64,000 nt of DNA from Alloascoidea hylecoeti (lineage: Eukaryota). This document shows positions 32,594 to 47,183 of the stretch, piece after piece. The notes under the pieces were generated by a model. It was not told the DNA's origin and did not search any database. It saw only the letters and a list, made by a program, of their open reading frames with translations. Numbering within the stretch: the first letter of the stretch is position 1; every line of letters starts with the position of its first letter. Position numbers and translations under genes: made by a program. Where the stretch lies: positions 544,450 to 608,449 of the forward strand of contig BCKZ01000006.1 of assembly GCA_001600815.1 (NCBI GenBank), in the 5' to 3' direction.

Positions 32594-34361
32594 ATGTCTT
32601 TCTCTGCCGGATCAATAATCGTCGTTTTTGGTGCCTCTGGTGATCTTGCCAAAAAGAAAACTGTTAGTATTGCTGTTCTCAACTTTAATTGCTCATTTTA
32701 TTTAATCTCGCGATGGGATACAAAACAATTAGAAACAGAAACTAACTATTCTATGGTTATTTATTCTCTAGTTCCCCGCATTATTTAACTTGGTAAGTCT
32801 TACATCGAAATCAATTGGTACTTCATCTTCTTTTTCCTTTTGTGGTTGAGTCTTTTATCGGAGACTAGTTCCTTTAATTTACTCATCTCAATATATTCGC
32901 CACTCAACCTATTATCTGATACCTATATTTCAATTCTCAATTCCAAATACTAATGATATGTTATAGTTTCGTGCGGGCCATTTACCAACAGGTACAAAAA
33001 TCATTGGATATGCCCGATCTCATATAGATCCCGAACCATATAAAGAACGAATCTCTTCTTATTTTAAATTTAAAAAAGATGAAGATAAATCAAGTAAAGA
33101 GAATTTTTTGTCAATTTGTTCCTATGTTTCTGGAAAATATGATGAAGATGAAGGTTATAAAAATTTATTAAATCATATTGAAGAAATTGAAAAAAATCAA
33201 AAAAAATTAATTCCTGAAAGATTATTTTATTTGGCTTTACCACCTTCTGTTTTCACTGTTGTTGCAGAACATACAAAAAGAATCTTATATCCAAAATTAG
33301 AAAATTCAAAGGGAAGAATTATTGTTGAAAAACCATTTGGTAGAGATTTAGATACAAGTAGACAAATTCAAAAAGCTTTAGCTCCACTTTGGATTGAAGA
33401 TGATACTTATAGAATTGATCATTATTTGGGTAAAGATATGGTTAAGAATTTATTAGTTTTCAGATTTGGTAATGAATTTATTAATGCCTCATGGAGCAGA
33501 AATCATATTGCTTCCGTTCAAGTTATTTTCAAAGAGGTTATAGGTACGGAAGGTAGAGGAGGTTATTTTGATAATATTGGTATAATTAGAGATGTTATTC
33601 AAAATCATTTATTACAAGTTTTAACCTTATTAGCAATGGAAAGACCAATTTCTTTTGAACCTGAAGATATTAGAGATGAAAAAGTTAAATTATTAAGATG
33701 TATTGCTCCGATTGATTTTGATGATGTTTTAGTTGGTCAATATGAAAAATCAAAAGATGGTTCAAAACCTGGTTATTTAGATGATGATACGGTTAATCCA
33801 AATTCAAATGCTGCTACTTTTGCTGCAATTGGTTTACAAATTCACAATGAAAGATGGGAAGGCGTACCTATTATTTTACGTGCTGGTAAAGCTCTTGATA
33901 ATTCAAAAGTTGAAGTTCGTGTTCAATTTAAAGAAGTTGCAAGGGGTATATTTAATGATATTACAAGAAACGAATTAGTAATGAGGATACAACCCGATGA
34001 AGCAATTTATATGAAGATCAATAATAAATCGCCTGGGTTGCAAAATAAAACAACAATTACTGAATTAGATTTAACTTATTCAAAACGTTATGCAAATTTA
34101 TCAATCCCTGAAGCTTATGAATCTTTAATATTAGATGTTTTACATGATGATCATTCTAATTTTATTAGAAGTGATGAATTAGATTATTCTTGGAGAATTT
34201 TTACCCCTTTATTAAATCACTTAGAAAATGATAATGTTATACCTGAAAAATATTCGTATGGTGAAAGAGGTCCACCAAGTTTGAATGATTTTATTAAACG
34301 TCATAATTATATTAGAAATGTTGAAGGAACTTACACTTGGCCAGTTTCTCAATCACATTAA
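32594..34361 (+). CDS. ZWF1: Glucose-6-phosphate dehydrogenase (3 exons: 32594-32662, 32772-32792, 32967-34361)
   Basis: GASGDLAKKKT|FPALFNL|FRAGHLP is restored by two introns (GTTAGT...ACTAAC...TAG and GTAAGT...TACTAAT...TAG). RIDHYLGK, EGRGGYFD and RDVIQNHLLQ are present. Confidence 0.97.
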
Positions 34362-34800
34362 ACATTTATATATTTTTGACTTAGATTTCATATCATAAAA
34401 AAATAAATAAAAACGTTTATTGAAATACACCTTGAAAGATTTGATTTTATGGAAAATTCCTAATATTTTATTAATAAGTATGGTTTAAATAGTGGTTCTG
34501 GAATTTTGATTTTATTTTTTGATTATAAATTTAAATGTGTATAAGCCTACTACATATAAGGTTATCGTAATTTCAATTACAATATATTGATTATGAATTC
34601 AATGGTATGCATATCATAGTGAAAAATCCAACAATTTTTAATTATGTAAATCTGAAGGGTCTCACGATGACTCACGTACTACGAACGTGTGTATTGTTTG
34701 TTCAAGCTATAGTTAAATTTTTCTTGAATGTCATCGATATCAGCCAATTGCAATAATTTTTTTTTTTAACTATGCGCAAGTTTGACAAAAACAATATGGG

Positions 34801-34874
34801 TATACCGTAGTGCTCGGGATATGGTGGTGTCCACCAAATCTGTTAAAGCACCATATCCCGAGCACTACGGTATA
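34801..34874. mobile_element. 74-bp MITE / internally deleted Tc1-mariner-superfamily element
   Basis: Perfect 26-bp inverted repeat TATACCGTAGTGCTCGGGATATGGTG (34801-34826) / CACCATATCCCGAGCACTACGGTATA (34849-34874) with a 22-bp spacer. The TA ends are compatible with a TA target-site duplication. Confidence 0.65.
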
Positions 34875-36009
34875 TAATAGGTATACTATACCTGTATAGC
34901 TATAGTATTGTAAACTGCATTGTATATACAGCACAATAATATAAAGTTTTATAATAAGCTTAATTATAAGTACTTGCCATAATTCATAAAATTATAATAT
35001 AACTATCACTCGAACCTCAAGTTCTGTTCTCTGTGGCATTTTGACAATATACGATACTAGTATGAATAGATACTACCGGTAAAGCTGTGTCGGATCGTTG
35101 CATTGCAATAGATATATATTAATCTTAAATTCTTAATATTTATATTGAAAGTTTGAAACCCATGAACATGGGTAAATGTTATAATATTATACATTTATAA
35201 TTGTATAATATAGTACCGTTAATATTGTTTAAATTATATAATATAATCAGAAGAATAGTTCCAATATCCTTCAGGTTCCTTCTACGTAGTAAGTTAGTAC
35301 TCAATGCTCATTGTATAACTTATAGCTATAGAATGTATCGTGATAATTTCTTCGATCATGATCGGATTTATTGATATCCATGCTCGATTCAGATACGCTC
35401 TTAGTATAAAATTATATAATTATAACTCCTCTAGGATTCATTATTGTATGATATTTATTGAACAAGGTTATACATATAGAGTATTGACATTAGTGTTTAT
35501 GAATGTTTAGATGAATGTCTAATTAATACTTAGATGAGAAACCAATCATCCATAAAGATATTGTTAGTTATTGTTTTGATACATTTCTAGCCATTTTTAA
35601 AAAACCACTGATTATGAATTACATTGCCAAATATTTTCATTTTAACGCACTAATAATTCTTAGTATCCTGGCTAAATAACTCTCAATTCAGTCACCAAGT
35701 TTTCGGGCTGAAATGTCACCCAATTTCTATAATTGCCTAACTACATATAACACTAATTAATGTCTATAAATATCACTAAATAATAATTTTATCAATAAAA
35801 AAAATATAAAGTGAATAGACTGTCAATTGGTATAGGCCCCATATTTCATAACAACCGCGAGCACATTTGTATCATAAGACACATAAACTAAAACATTGTT
35901 TAAAATTTAACAAATCTAGTTATTGCCCATATAAAAGGTACTATCCAAGGGGAGTCACAGGGGCACCTGAAATTTTATCTTTAAAGATTGTACAGGCATT
36001 TGGCGTCGT

Positions 36010-36870
36010 TCAGCAGGTCGGATATGTAAAGATAAAAGCATATCGTCCATATAAATTAACTCCTCTCTGCAAGAATTCTTTTGAAATGAAAGGATATACA
36101 TGTATGTACTTTTTTTTTTTCTTGAATCCAGCAGTTATGTCTTTGAAGGTCGATACCTCATTTCGACATATCATATAGTCCCAAGAAGTCAGCATTCTGT
36201 GCACTGGATTTTTGTTCAGGGCAATGTAAGGCTTAGATTTTATATATTTCCTGAAAGCAGTATTCACACCACTGGAGCAAGTTACAACACCAATTGAGAC
36301 ACCATGTTCACAGTTATCATTGGTACTAACACCTTAACCGATTGATTTACCTCGCCGTATAAGCTTATATCGTGACATCTCTTGAATAACCATGCCAACA
36401 GTTGTTTTATCACCCTCTTCTCTATTCGAAGCAAATAATTTGTAGGGATCCAGTGAGTTTGCGCGTTTATACTTCAACTCAGGATGCCGATTCTAGAAGG
36501 TCTCTTATCTGTGTAGTGCCCGTTCGTGGATCTTTTAAAACTTCTGCAATCTTTGAGCTTGCTTATAATACACATCCTCGATTCCTCATATGGGCCTATA
36601 TGGTATATACTACACGAACGACGCGAATAAGTGTCCTTTATCTGGGGCAAAAACGGACTCGGTCATTTCTTGAATATTCTGTGAGATGTCGGCCTCCTCT
36701 AGAACAGTAAACTTTTGCCTCAAGTGGTTGCTAAATTCTTTGAAAACAGCTCCATCTATTCGGCCTCACAGCGTAGTAATACACACTCCGTGATCTTTTG
36801 CGAAGCGTGTAAGTTTTTTCTCGGGAGGTAGCCGAGCGTGTAGAGTGGTATGTATTTTCTAAATTTTAAG
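36010..36870 (-). mobile_element. Degenerate Fot1/pogo-type DNA transposase relic
   Basis: Minus-strand fragments KKLTRFAKDHGVCITTL*GRIDG...NHLRQKFTVLEEADISQNIQEMTESVFAP (HTH-psq plus start of the CENP-B HTH), F*NRHPELKYKRANSLD, and ITAGFKK...YPF (post-DDE motif). Stops and frameshifts; most of the DDE domain appears deleted. Confidence 0.7.
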
Positions 36871-39820
36871 TTTCTGAGCTGTTTTTCGGTTTTTAATATT
36901 GGTCATTTTGGGTTAAAGTTAGGTATTTGAAAATGTTAATTTTACGAACTAAACGTTGTTACGAAACATACTCAAATATTGCCCATTATATTATTAACAG
37001 CCTATTGAAAGGATTATATCATAATTATTTATATGTATTATTCGATGGTTATGCACCGATTTTCGCAAGCAACCATAATGCAGTATTACACTACATTAAT
37101 GGAAAATAAATACAACGAAGGGGAGCATAATATCGGTACGTATATTTAGTAAAACTATATATACGATATAACATGTAGCATTGTTAGTCTAGATATCAAA
37201 TGAAGTTAATTAATTACATAGAAAATCAGGAGATCAAATAATTAAAAGCTTAACATTTAATTACCAAACTTTTGTATACCAGTATCTCGTTAATTATCTG
37301 TTGCAATGTTAACTCTAGCTATAGCAATCTAAAATAACTGAACCCAATTTTCAAAGTTCAAAAGAGGTACCGAAAACAAGAAATATTAATATCCAATATA
37401 AATATAATGATCATGGTATCATGATATCATTCATATGATCGGGGAAAACCTTGAAAATATTTGACTTCCGTATTCTGAGGTAATATAAATTCTTGTAGAT
37501 CCAGAACCGGTATGTTAAATCAAACCGAGAGCAAAATAAAACAGATCGATCGTGATATATTCACAAGCATATATTTATCTCTTGTCATCAGATTTCCATA
37601 TAAAATAATGGACAAATAATTTAAAGTATCATATGCAAATCTAATTATGAATTATAAAAGGGCGATTATCTTTCTTTTCCGATCCTTAAGCTTTCGTTTC
37701 TTCTTAAATTTTGATATTTATATGTATATGTATAGTACAATTTACGTATCTTTTTATTAGTAGTCAATGGTTATTAAATTTAAAGTAACCCAATTGCAGC
37801 CATATAATTTACAAATTTTAACATTATTACCAACTTGTTTGAGATACGGAGGTAAAGAGAGAGCAAAACGTATATGAATGGCACTACCATTTTAACCAAA
37901 CTCTGATTATATAACTTATATCCGATTGAGTAGGGTTGTAGTAGTATAAGTGTATGCTGTCCAATTTATTGTATATTCTTATAAGTTATAACAGACAGAC
38001 TTCGATTTCACAATCAGCTATAAACCTATAATTTTAATCAATAATGTGAAATTGAACTTTGTATTTGGAAGTTGGAACTGGAGGAAGTCTAGTGGCTTTA
38101 CGATATATTTTAATGCTTCAATGCATTTGAACATGGTATCTGCAATATTGCATATGAATACTGCCAAATCTATATATATATATATACCTGTATATGCATA
38201 TGCATACAAATCTACAGGACCTTACGGCTATAATATATTAATGGTGATAAACAGTTAAACACTGATAATATAATTACAGTTAATTTTTCAACGATCTACC
38301 TACATATATATATTCAGACAATTTTTCCAATGGCTCTCAAATAGTCTAAGTGGGGCTGGATCTCTGAAAGAACATTAATGAGGATGATTGATATAGGCCT
38401 TCTAAACTCATACGTTTATATATGACATATATTAAGATATCTAGATAGAGTTACATGATCCGACCTAAACATACTCAATGATATATTATGTAATACTTTG
38501 GAATTTCGAAGTTCAAGATTTAAGTTATAACTACAATATTATTAATTACCCCATAGCTATATATATATTTAGCTGATCAACGTTAATAACCAGTCTGATC
38601 AACGTTAAATAATCTTTTAATAATATTAATGTTATCGTAAAATCAGTCATATGCATGATCATTAATTAATATTAATGACGCTACATTATATTAATTATTG
38701 TTGCTGAACAGCTGCAGGGAATTTCATATCTTACCCCAGATTTTGCTCTTCTTAGTTAAACCGATTTGCAAGTAAAGATTTCATGATTATGAGATAGGGC
38801 TTCTTAATCACAAACTTGTAATTATATTCTTGGCCATATATATTTTATGCAGAGGGAAAAATCTGAACTTTTATAAAATAAAATAATGACATGTTTAGTT
38901 GCAAAATAAGCTTAATTGTAAACGTTAACATTGTTGTCTCTTGCAAGGAATCGACAAATTTTCTTTACCTCTAAAACCTTAATTGCTTAATATTTGAACA
39001 TGAATGGTGGATAAAAATATAAGAATATACAAAGTAGTACTTACATTCTTTAAAAATTTATAATTTTTTCTTCCGGCTGCACACTACGAGTGTTCACTAT
39101 ATAGGCGCAGCTGCTCAGTCAAATGGTAATATTATATTAATATTATAATTAACTACCAATTATATGACTTTCGTATGTAGAAAGCATGAGGGACATCCAA
39201 TTAATAAATGAGTATATCATTCGATCATGAGTGCGATTATTAGGAACTGTAACTATAGGGTTCAGAAGTTGAAGGCAGTTATGAAATCTGTCAATCTAGA
39301 TTTAATATATAATATTGGTGTAAGATATCCTTAACAACGATACATAAAATAGAAGATTGAGGATATTGCTGAAGCGTAAGATCTATAAAAATCTCAGTTA
39401 TAGATATAATAGTTCTAGGTCTCACACCGGTGTGGTGTTATATTGTGTATGCACTCGTGCTTAGTGTATGGTATGACCATTAAACCGTAAAAGTGAAATT
39501 AATTGTATTTGCCCAGCTTCCGAAGAAGTAAAAAATACCACAAATACGTTGTTGTTAGCATTTTACAATACTATAAACGAATATTTTTAATCTCGGAGTC
39601 CGGGTAAATATTAAAATAGACTTTTCAAGGATCAGCTTATTTTTGTATCAAGTCTCAAGGGTGTATTGAAAGAAAATAATTTTAAAATGGGAGATTTTGC
39701 GATCGGAAATAATATTTATATAGTCATGAGGCCATTCCATTATTTATTTATAAAGACAGGATATCCCCGAACTAGTCTGTACCTTATACCGTAATAATCA
39801 TAAATTTTGGAGCAGTACCA

Positions 39821-41239
39821 ATGATCTCTACAACTAATCACGGGCTTGTAAGAAAGGATTCTTTCATGTCTGGCAATGCTACCAGTAACTCGGATCTGTC
39901 GTGTTCTACCAGTTCGAGTGGCGGGCCTACTGAACCCCACAGCGTCAATATTAATAATGAAAATCTCCTACCTGCTAACATGCGAAGGTCCTTGATGTCT
40001 GATTCTTTTGCAAATTCACTATTTACAGGCCAACTCTCAATTAAGATCGAACTTAATCTAACGCAAAGAGAAATTGATGTGATACGAGAAGTTTGGGCCA
40101 AAATGATGGAAGATGAAGCTTTATCCGGTACAAGTAACTGCCAATTGCAGCAGAAGAAAGATTTGAAACAAAAAATTGTAACAACAAGTGGGTTTGCTTC
40201 TTCAAATTTTTGTCGTCAGTTTTATGGTAATCTACTCTCACTCCATCCTGAATTGGAGGCTCTATATCCATCAATTAGACATCAGGCTATTCATTTCGCT
40301 GGTGTTTTAACAACATTGATCTCGAATTTAGAACATCCAGAGAATATGGATTACTACCTCGAATGCTTAGCTAGGAGACATTCAAGAGTTTTAAATATCG
40401 AAACTGCCCATTTTGATATTATGGGTATTGCTTTTATGGACACTCTAAGTAACCGGTTAGGTTATGAGTTCACTCTAGAAATTGAAGACGCTTGGATTAA
40501 AGTATACTCATACCTTGCCAATAAATTATTACAAGATGGTATTGATCCACCTGTACCAAGTGCATCTATTATGAGAGTAAGAAATAAAAATTTTATCCTT
40601 GAAACTACTGAAGAGGATGCTCCGTTATCTTCCGTTAATAAATACGATTATACTACTTATACGAACCAATCGTTTTCGAATACTTTTGTTAATTCTAATC
40701 AAAACTCAAGGCAATTGCAAGGGTCATCTTCATCAAGATTTGCTTCGAAATATAGCCGCAAAGTAGCAAAAATACTAAAACAAGCAGGTTCAAGAGATAA
40801 AGAACATTCCTCTTCCTCTTCTTCCGAAGAACTAACTAGTGATTCATCATCTATTTCCAATTTATGTTCATCAACATCATCAAAGTCTTTATCAAAAATT
40901 CTCCTAAATCCAATTACATCCTCATTCACCAGTGATGTCCCACTCTATAAATTAAAAGAAGAAAGTTATTCTGATTTAAAAACTATAGCCAATTTTAATG
41001 AATTTCCGAGCCATAGAATGCATTCTCATTCACTTTCATCAAGGGAAAAGTTATCTACATTTAATTCCCCTGGCAGAAATAGTATCGATTCAGATATAAC
41101 CAACTATAGTGGAATTGAAAGCAATAATAGTTTTAATTTAGGATACACAGCTTCGGGAAAAAATGATTCAGCAATGATCCCTTCAACACATTTACTTCGA
41201 ACTCAACGAAAATCCGATCCAGAGTGTGTCATAATGTGA
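39821..41239 (+). CDS. Globin-domain protein (YNL234W-like) with C-terminal CaaX box
   Basis: Globin fold (LTQREIDVIREVW...FCRQFYGNLL..HPELEALYPSIRHQA..FAGVL...LARRHSRVL...HFDIMG...EDAWIKVYSYLA), Ser-rich tail, ends CVIM. Lies among SIN4/LAP3/ZWF1/PDR16/ELA1 like YNL234W. Confidence 0.85.
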   Translation: MISTTNHGLVRKDSFMSGNATSNSDLSCSTSSSGGPTEPHSVNINNENLLPANMRRSLMSDSFANSLFTGQLSIKIELNLTQREIDVIREVWAKMMEDEALSGTSNCQLQQKKDLKQKIVTTSGFASSNFCRQFYGNLLSLHPELEALYPSIRHQAIHFAGVLTTLISNLEHPENMDYYLECLARRHSRVLNIETAHFDIMGIAFMDTLSNRLGYEFTLEIEDAWIKVYSYLANKLLQDGIDPPVPSASIMRVRNKNFILETTEEDAPLSSVNKYDYTTYTNQSFSNTFVNSNQNSRQLQGSSSSRFASKYSRKVAKILKQAGSRDKEHSSSSSSEELTSDSSSISNLCSSTSSKSLSKILLNPITSSFTSDVPLYKLKEESYSDLKTIANFNEFPSHRMHSHSLSSREKLSTFNSPGRNSIDSDITNYSGIESNNSFNLGYTASGKNDSAMIPSTHLLRTQRKSDPECVIM

Positions 41240-43465
41240 TTTTGCAATTCTTTATTTTTATTTTATTCTTGATCCTTAAAAGTGCTTGCTTCGTGGGTGT
41301 TATTATCTTTATGATATATGAAAATTTGCTTCGATTGACGATTTATGGTTTGATTTTAACTACGTTTTACTAATTAATATATGTTTACTTGCTTGTTCTA
41401 ATTTTTTTCTTTTTTACGTTTTGACAAGGACGATAACGGTTTCTTATTTTTACCAATATTTTAACTTTTGAGTTTTTTCTATTTTTTGACATTGTTATGT
41501 ATTTTATGTTTTCTTTGTTGCTCTTTACTTCCATGTATAAATTGTTATTTATGGACCATAAAAATTTTATTACTATATAATTTAGCTATTGATATAAATT
41601 ACTTAACTTCAGGATTATAATTGACTGCAGTTTTATTGACCATGAATATATCATGAATCATGATGTACCAGTGAATATCCGTACTATCGAATCGATGTAA
41701 ATATAGAAAGCTATATATATATATAGTTGGATTGAAGCTTATAATTATTAATTATATGTGATCCAGGTGGATACAATTTGAACGTGTTATTTGGTTGAGG
41801 TCCATATAATTATAGTATAGCTAACACTACTAAAAACAAACTTAAAATGACATATTATAGATTATATTAGAATCTCTGGAATTTACGAAACATTATGCAC
41901 TGTTTTACGAACAGTTTAAGTGCTTGTAGTAATCATTAGCTGGTTATACTGCCATTTTTATTTAGAGTGGTGACCAAGAAAATCGTAACTTTAGAGTCTA
42001 CCGGCTGTATTTAAAGAAACTTCAATATATGCAGTACACCTAGAATAGGGAAAATAGTCCACAAGAATAGTATCCGGAAATCCTAGTTGCAGTTAATATG
42101 CAATATTTGGAAAGTTCCCGAGGTCTAAGTAACACTTTTTCTCATAATGAATCATGATCATCTACAAAAATTGCGATTGGGATCATCATGCATGTATTCA
42201 TCGGTTGAAAAACTATATTTACTATTTACCAAGCCATGTATATATATTTGTCTAATTATATAATAAGATCTTACACAGTGAATTACGATCACCTTCCCAA
42301 ATCTCAACCCAAAAAATAAGACTTTTTTTTTTTTTTTTTGACCTAGAATTCCTTATATTTATATATTAGTACTAGTATTTTGAGATTCAAAGTTCTACTG
42401 TCGTTAAGCATAAGTTCTGTATCGACATATACAACTCCCATCCCAATCGTTCTGATACTACCCCCATTACATCTTTAGACCATATTCTTATGATCCATTG
42501 TTTCTTCACATTCACAAAAAGTGCCGAAATGCTTCATTTTCATGCTTTTTCAGAAGCATTTTTGGTCGAAAAAAGCGTTACTTTTAGACTTGACCTGACT
42601 GTAGCAATATGAAATATTTTAATTCAAACGTTAATGTATTATAATTAATTTATAGCTATTTGTAATTTTAATGTTTCTAGAAGATTACAGCTAAATATGA
42701 GATACCAGTCTAGAATTATATAAGCCTACAAATCATCAGTTTGATAAGTTAAATTTTATTATTTAACTTATAATTACTAGCCATATATATAGCTAGTTAT
42801 TGTCAGTTTAAATTTTCAATTGCAATGATAAACAGTTTTTCCACCTATTCAAAGCAATTTTCTTGAGAAGTTAATATTATTGAAAGGTTTGGGGATGAAT
42901 TGGCTCCTCGAGCATTATCAAATTTGTATGCTCTCCTAATCTAATCAAATTCTGAAGATAAGGCCAAAAAAGTCTAAAAAATTTACAAACTATAGTCTAT
43001 AGTATTTCTCTAGAACAACTGCCTTAGGTGGAAAATTGGTATATCATTACAATAACTGCGCACACATAGGTTTCAATAAAATTTAAACGGCTTCAAAAGT
43101 TATCAAGAAATATAAATGTAAATTTCTATAATATATTGTAAGTGGATGTTGAAGTTAAACCATATATATATATATATATATATAACAAATTCAATCAGAG
43201 AATTAATAGATATGTATATTAGATTCGAATGAGCTCGTGTCAAAGCTTATGTACTGAATATTGATGAATGAGCCGATAATCAGTTTCATATAATGCATAA
43301 AACGAAGGGATTTAGTTAGTTGTGAAGAATAGAAGATGTTAAACAACCAAATAAACAAAACAAATAAAACAAATAAAACAAATAAACAAATAAATAATGA
43401 TGTGTACAGCTTTAATATTACAAATGAAAAAAAAATTGTAACAAATTTAAGTGATAAAACAAAAA

Positions 43466-44542
<1,077 letters not shown>

Positions 44543-44920
44543 TCAGTGGTTGCAAGAAAAAAATAAAACAGTTGAAAGATTGAGAATTAAAGGAATGAAG
44601 AGTAATACAAACAACAATAAAGTGAAATTTATATTCAGGCAGATACCAAATCTAAACGAGATAAACGAATGTAGCCCTATCACGTGTGTAATGGCTTATA
44701 TAATCATCAAACAGCCATTATACCTATGCTGTGATATACATATATGGTAAATGTAGGAACGGGGATTAGTATATATTGAGCTGCTTGTTCCCTTCTTCGC
44801 CATCTCTTTTTTTCCTTTTATCTTCTCTTTTCAACCTATGATCCTGCTTAATTCTATTATTGTATCTTTCTATACTTTATCTTCACGATTGAAACGGAAA
44901 ATATAGCTTAACTGAAAAAC

Positions 44921-46027
44921 ATGGAGGAAATTTTGAATGACCAAGAAGACTCAGATATTAATGTCCGGAATGGGATACCTTCCTTAGCTACATTAGCAAA
45001 ACTACAATGTAACAAGGTTCATCATTGTAAGTTTATATAATACATGGTTGCCACTTACTTTTTGATAATTATCTAACGTATTGTTTTTTAAGTGATCACT
45101 GATATTGGCGACGCCCCGTTTGATCTTGTGGCTTCGATATTACGTAAAATGCCTGCAAGACAGTTATATGAAATCGAAAAGAAACGATCTGTAAGTTAAA
45201 CCCACATTATATTTATTATTCTTTTTTTTTATCTTTATATTACTTCCTATTATTGATGATTATGATTATTAGAAATAGTTTCTAACTACAATATAATATA
45301 GGGCTTAAAAGAAGAAACAGGAGAATTATGGAAACATTTGATTGAGAAAGATTTTCCCGAAAGACAAATCCCTAAATCCAAGTATCGTTTAAAATATGGT
45401 AAATACCTGAAAGAGAAGGAAAGTCAACTTGCTGATTCTAAAGAAAGACTTAAAAGGTCATTTAAAAAGATTAATCAAGAAAAAAGTGATCGAAAAATAA
45501 TACAAGTTAATCAGCACTGGGCAGATCCTACTATTCGAAAACGAAACAATATTTTTAATGCCAATGGAGTAAATGGATCAAATGGACCAAGTGGAATAAA
45601 AAAAAATTCCATAATTCATAAAGCAAAATTAGAGATGAAAGCTAGAGGAGCAATTTTTTCACCTAAAAATGTTACTTTTAGTGCAAACAACTATAAACCA
45701 CGCGAAGTTCAAAAATCACCAGTTCATAAGATACACAAACCAATACAAGCTGCTGTTTGTAAGCCACGACTGATCCAGCCTACTGTATTTCGGATGACCA
45801 ATAACGCTAGACGAACACAATCTTCTGAACACATACAGGGAGGAACGGATGGTGACAATAATAGGACTGAAAGTAATGGAATACCAAGAAGTGCTCCGCA
45901 TCAACCAAGTAATAATAGTAACAGTAACTTCAACAATTCTAGAAAGCGAGGAATGAAGGAACCTCTCACAGCAGAAGATGCCAAAAGACGGCGACAAGAG
46001 ATATTTGGCCGAAAAGTGTCTGCTTAA
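44921..46027 (+). CDS. ELA1: Elongin A (3 exons: 44921-45026, 45093-45190, 45302-46027)
   Basis: BC-box IPSLATLAKLQC, then LITDIGDAPFDLVASILRKM..RQLYEIE..S|GLKEETGELWKHLIEKDFP. Two GTAAGT introns with CTAAC branch points keep the frame. Confidence 0.85.
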
Positions 46028-47183
46028 ATCATTTTAAAGAAACTACCTTAATGCATTTTCTTCATCTTTTTTGTAACTTTTTTTTTTCATCTTTTGGTGT
46101 TTGCTTTACTTAAAATTTTTATGATTCACTCAGCATGTTACATTGGCTATATATTGTTTATAAATGGATTGCGTTAGTTCGATTTTTTATAATTTACTTT
46201 TCCATTTTTCTACTTGTATAACACTCAGGATCGCGATATCGATTAATATAATTATGGATTTTAAATTTTGATATGTTTTATTATAATTAGTCCTTTTCTT
46301 GGCCTATACGTTAATACATTATAAATTATATAATTGTGTATTTTTTTTTATAAGGTTTAAATTTATGTTTCCTCTAAAATAGTGATTATAATATTCACAA
46401 TATATTTCCAGATCCGCTTATAACATGTAGCTCATAAATTCATAATCAACGGATTCAAACAATGTTCGTCATTTAGAGTAATATAAGTTCGTGAATATAT
46501 TCACTAGTTGTTTCGCTCATTGATAGAGCACGAGTTAACATCAATAAACTGTTAAATATATTTATCAAAAAGAGAGAAAATAGCAGGACATTCTAATCAT
46601 AAATATTATACCAATATAGCTATAACCATAGTTAATAAAAAAATTCATATCAATATACTGTATATTAATTATCCGGAGTTTTTGTACCAAATTTAGAATA
46701 TATCCAGATTTTAAACAGTAATATATACCGGTACATATAAGGTGTAGTTTTTTATATTTTACTTCTAGGGCCTATGACATATAACTTATATGGCCACTTA
46801 TGTTAATATGTCATAATAGGCTAATATAAGGTGTCTCTAAATCTATATTTATATTGTTTCACACTGAATCCTTTCAGTTTCAATACTTCCATGTATAGTT
46901 GTTAAGATTATGCGATTAACGAAATTTCAATATTAATATTCTACCCTAGTCTTGATTAACATCGCCATAGCCAAATAAAGAAAGTAGCATATGACTCCAC
47001 TACTTTATGATTGAGATTTTCTAATTGATACTGCATTACAGCTGCATCTATACCATTTTGTCAATTACAATTAATGATACAAATAAGGTAGCACTTAAAT
47101 AAAAATAGGATTGAAGTCCTTTATCTTTCTTTTTACCATTATAATTAATTGTTTCTATTTAGTTAAATCATTTCAAAATCTTT

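Noticed and set aside
34340..34380. Cryptic peroxisomal signal on Zwf1 by stop read-through
   Set aside because: The protein ends SQSH; read-through of the TAA would add TFIYF, which is not a PTS1.
35867..36710. Plus-strand ORFs of 103, 65 and 102 aa
   Set aside because: Antisense to the transposase relic, with no protein-like features.
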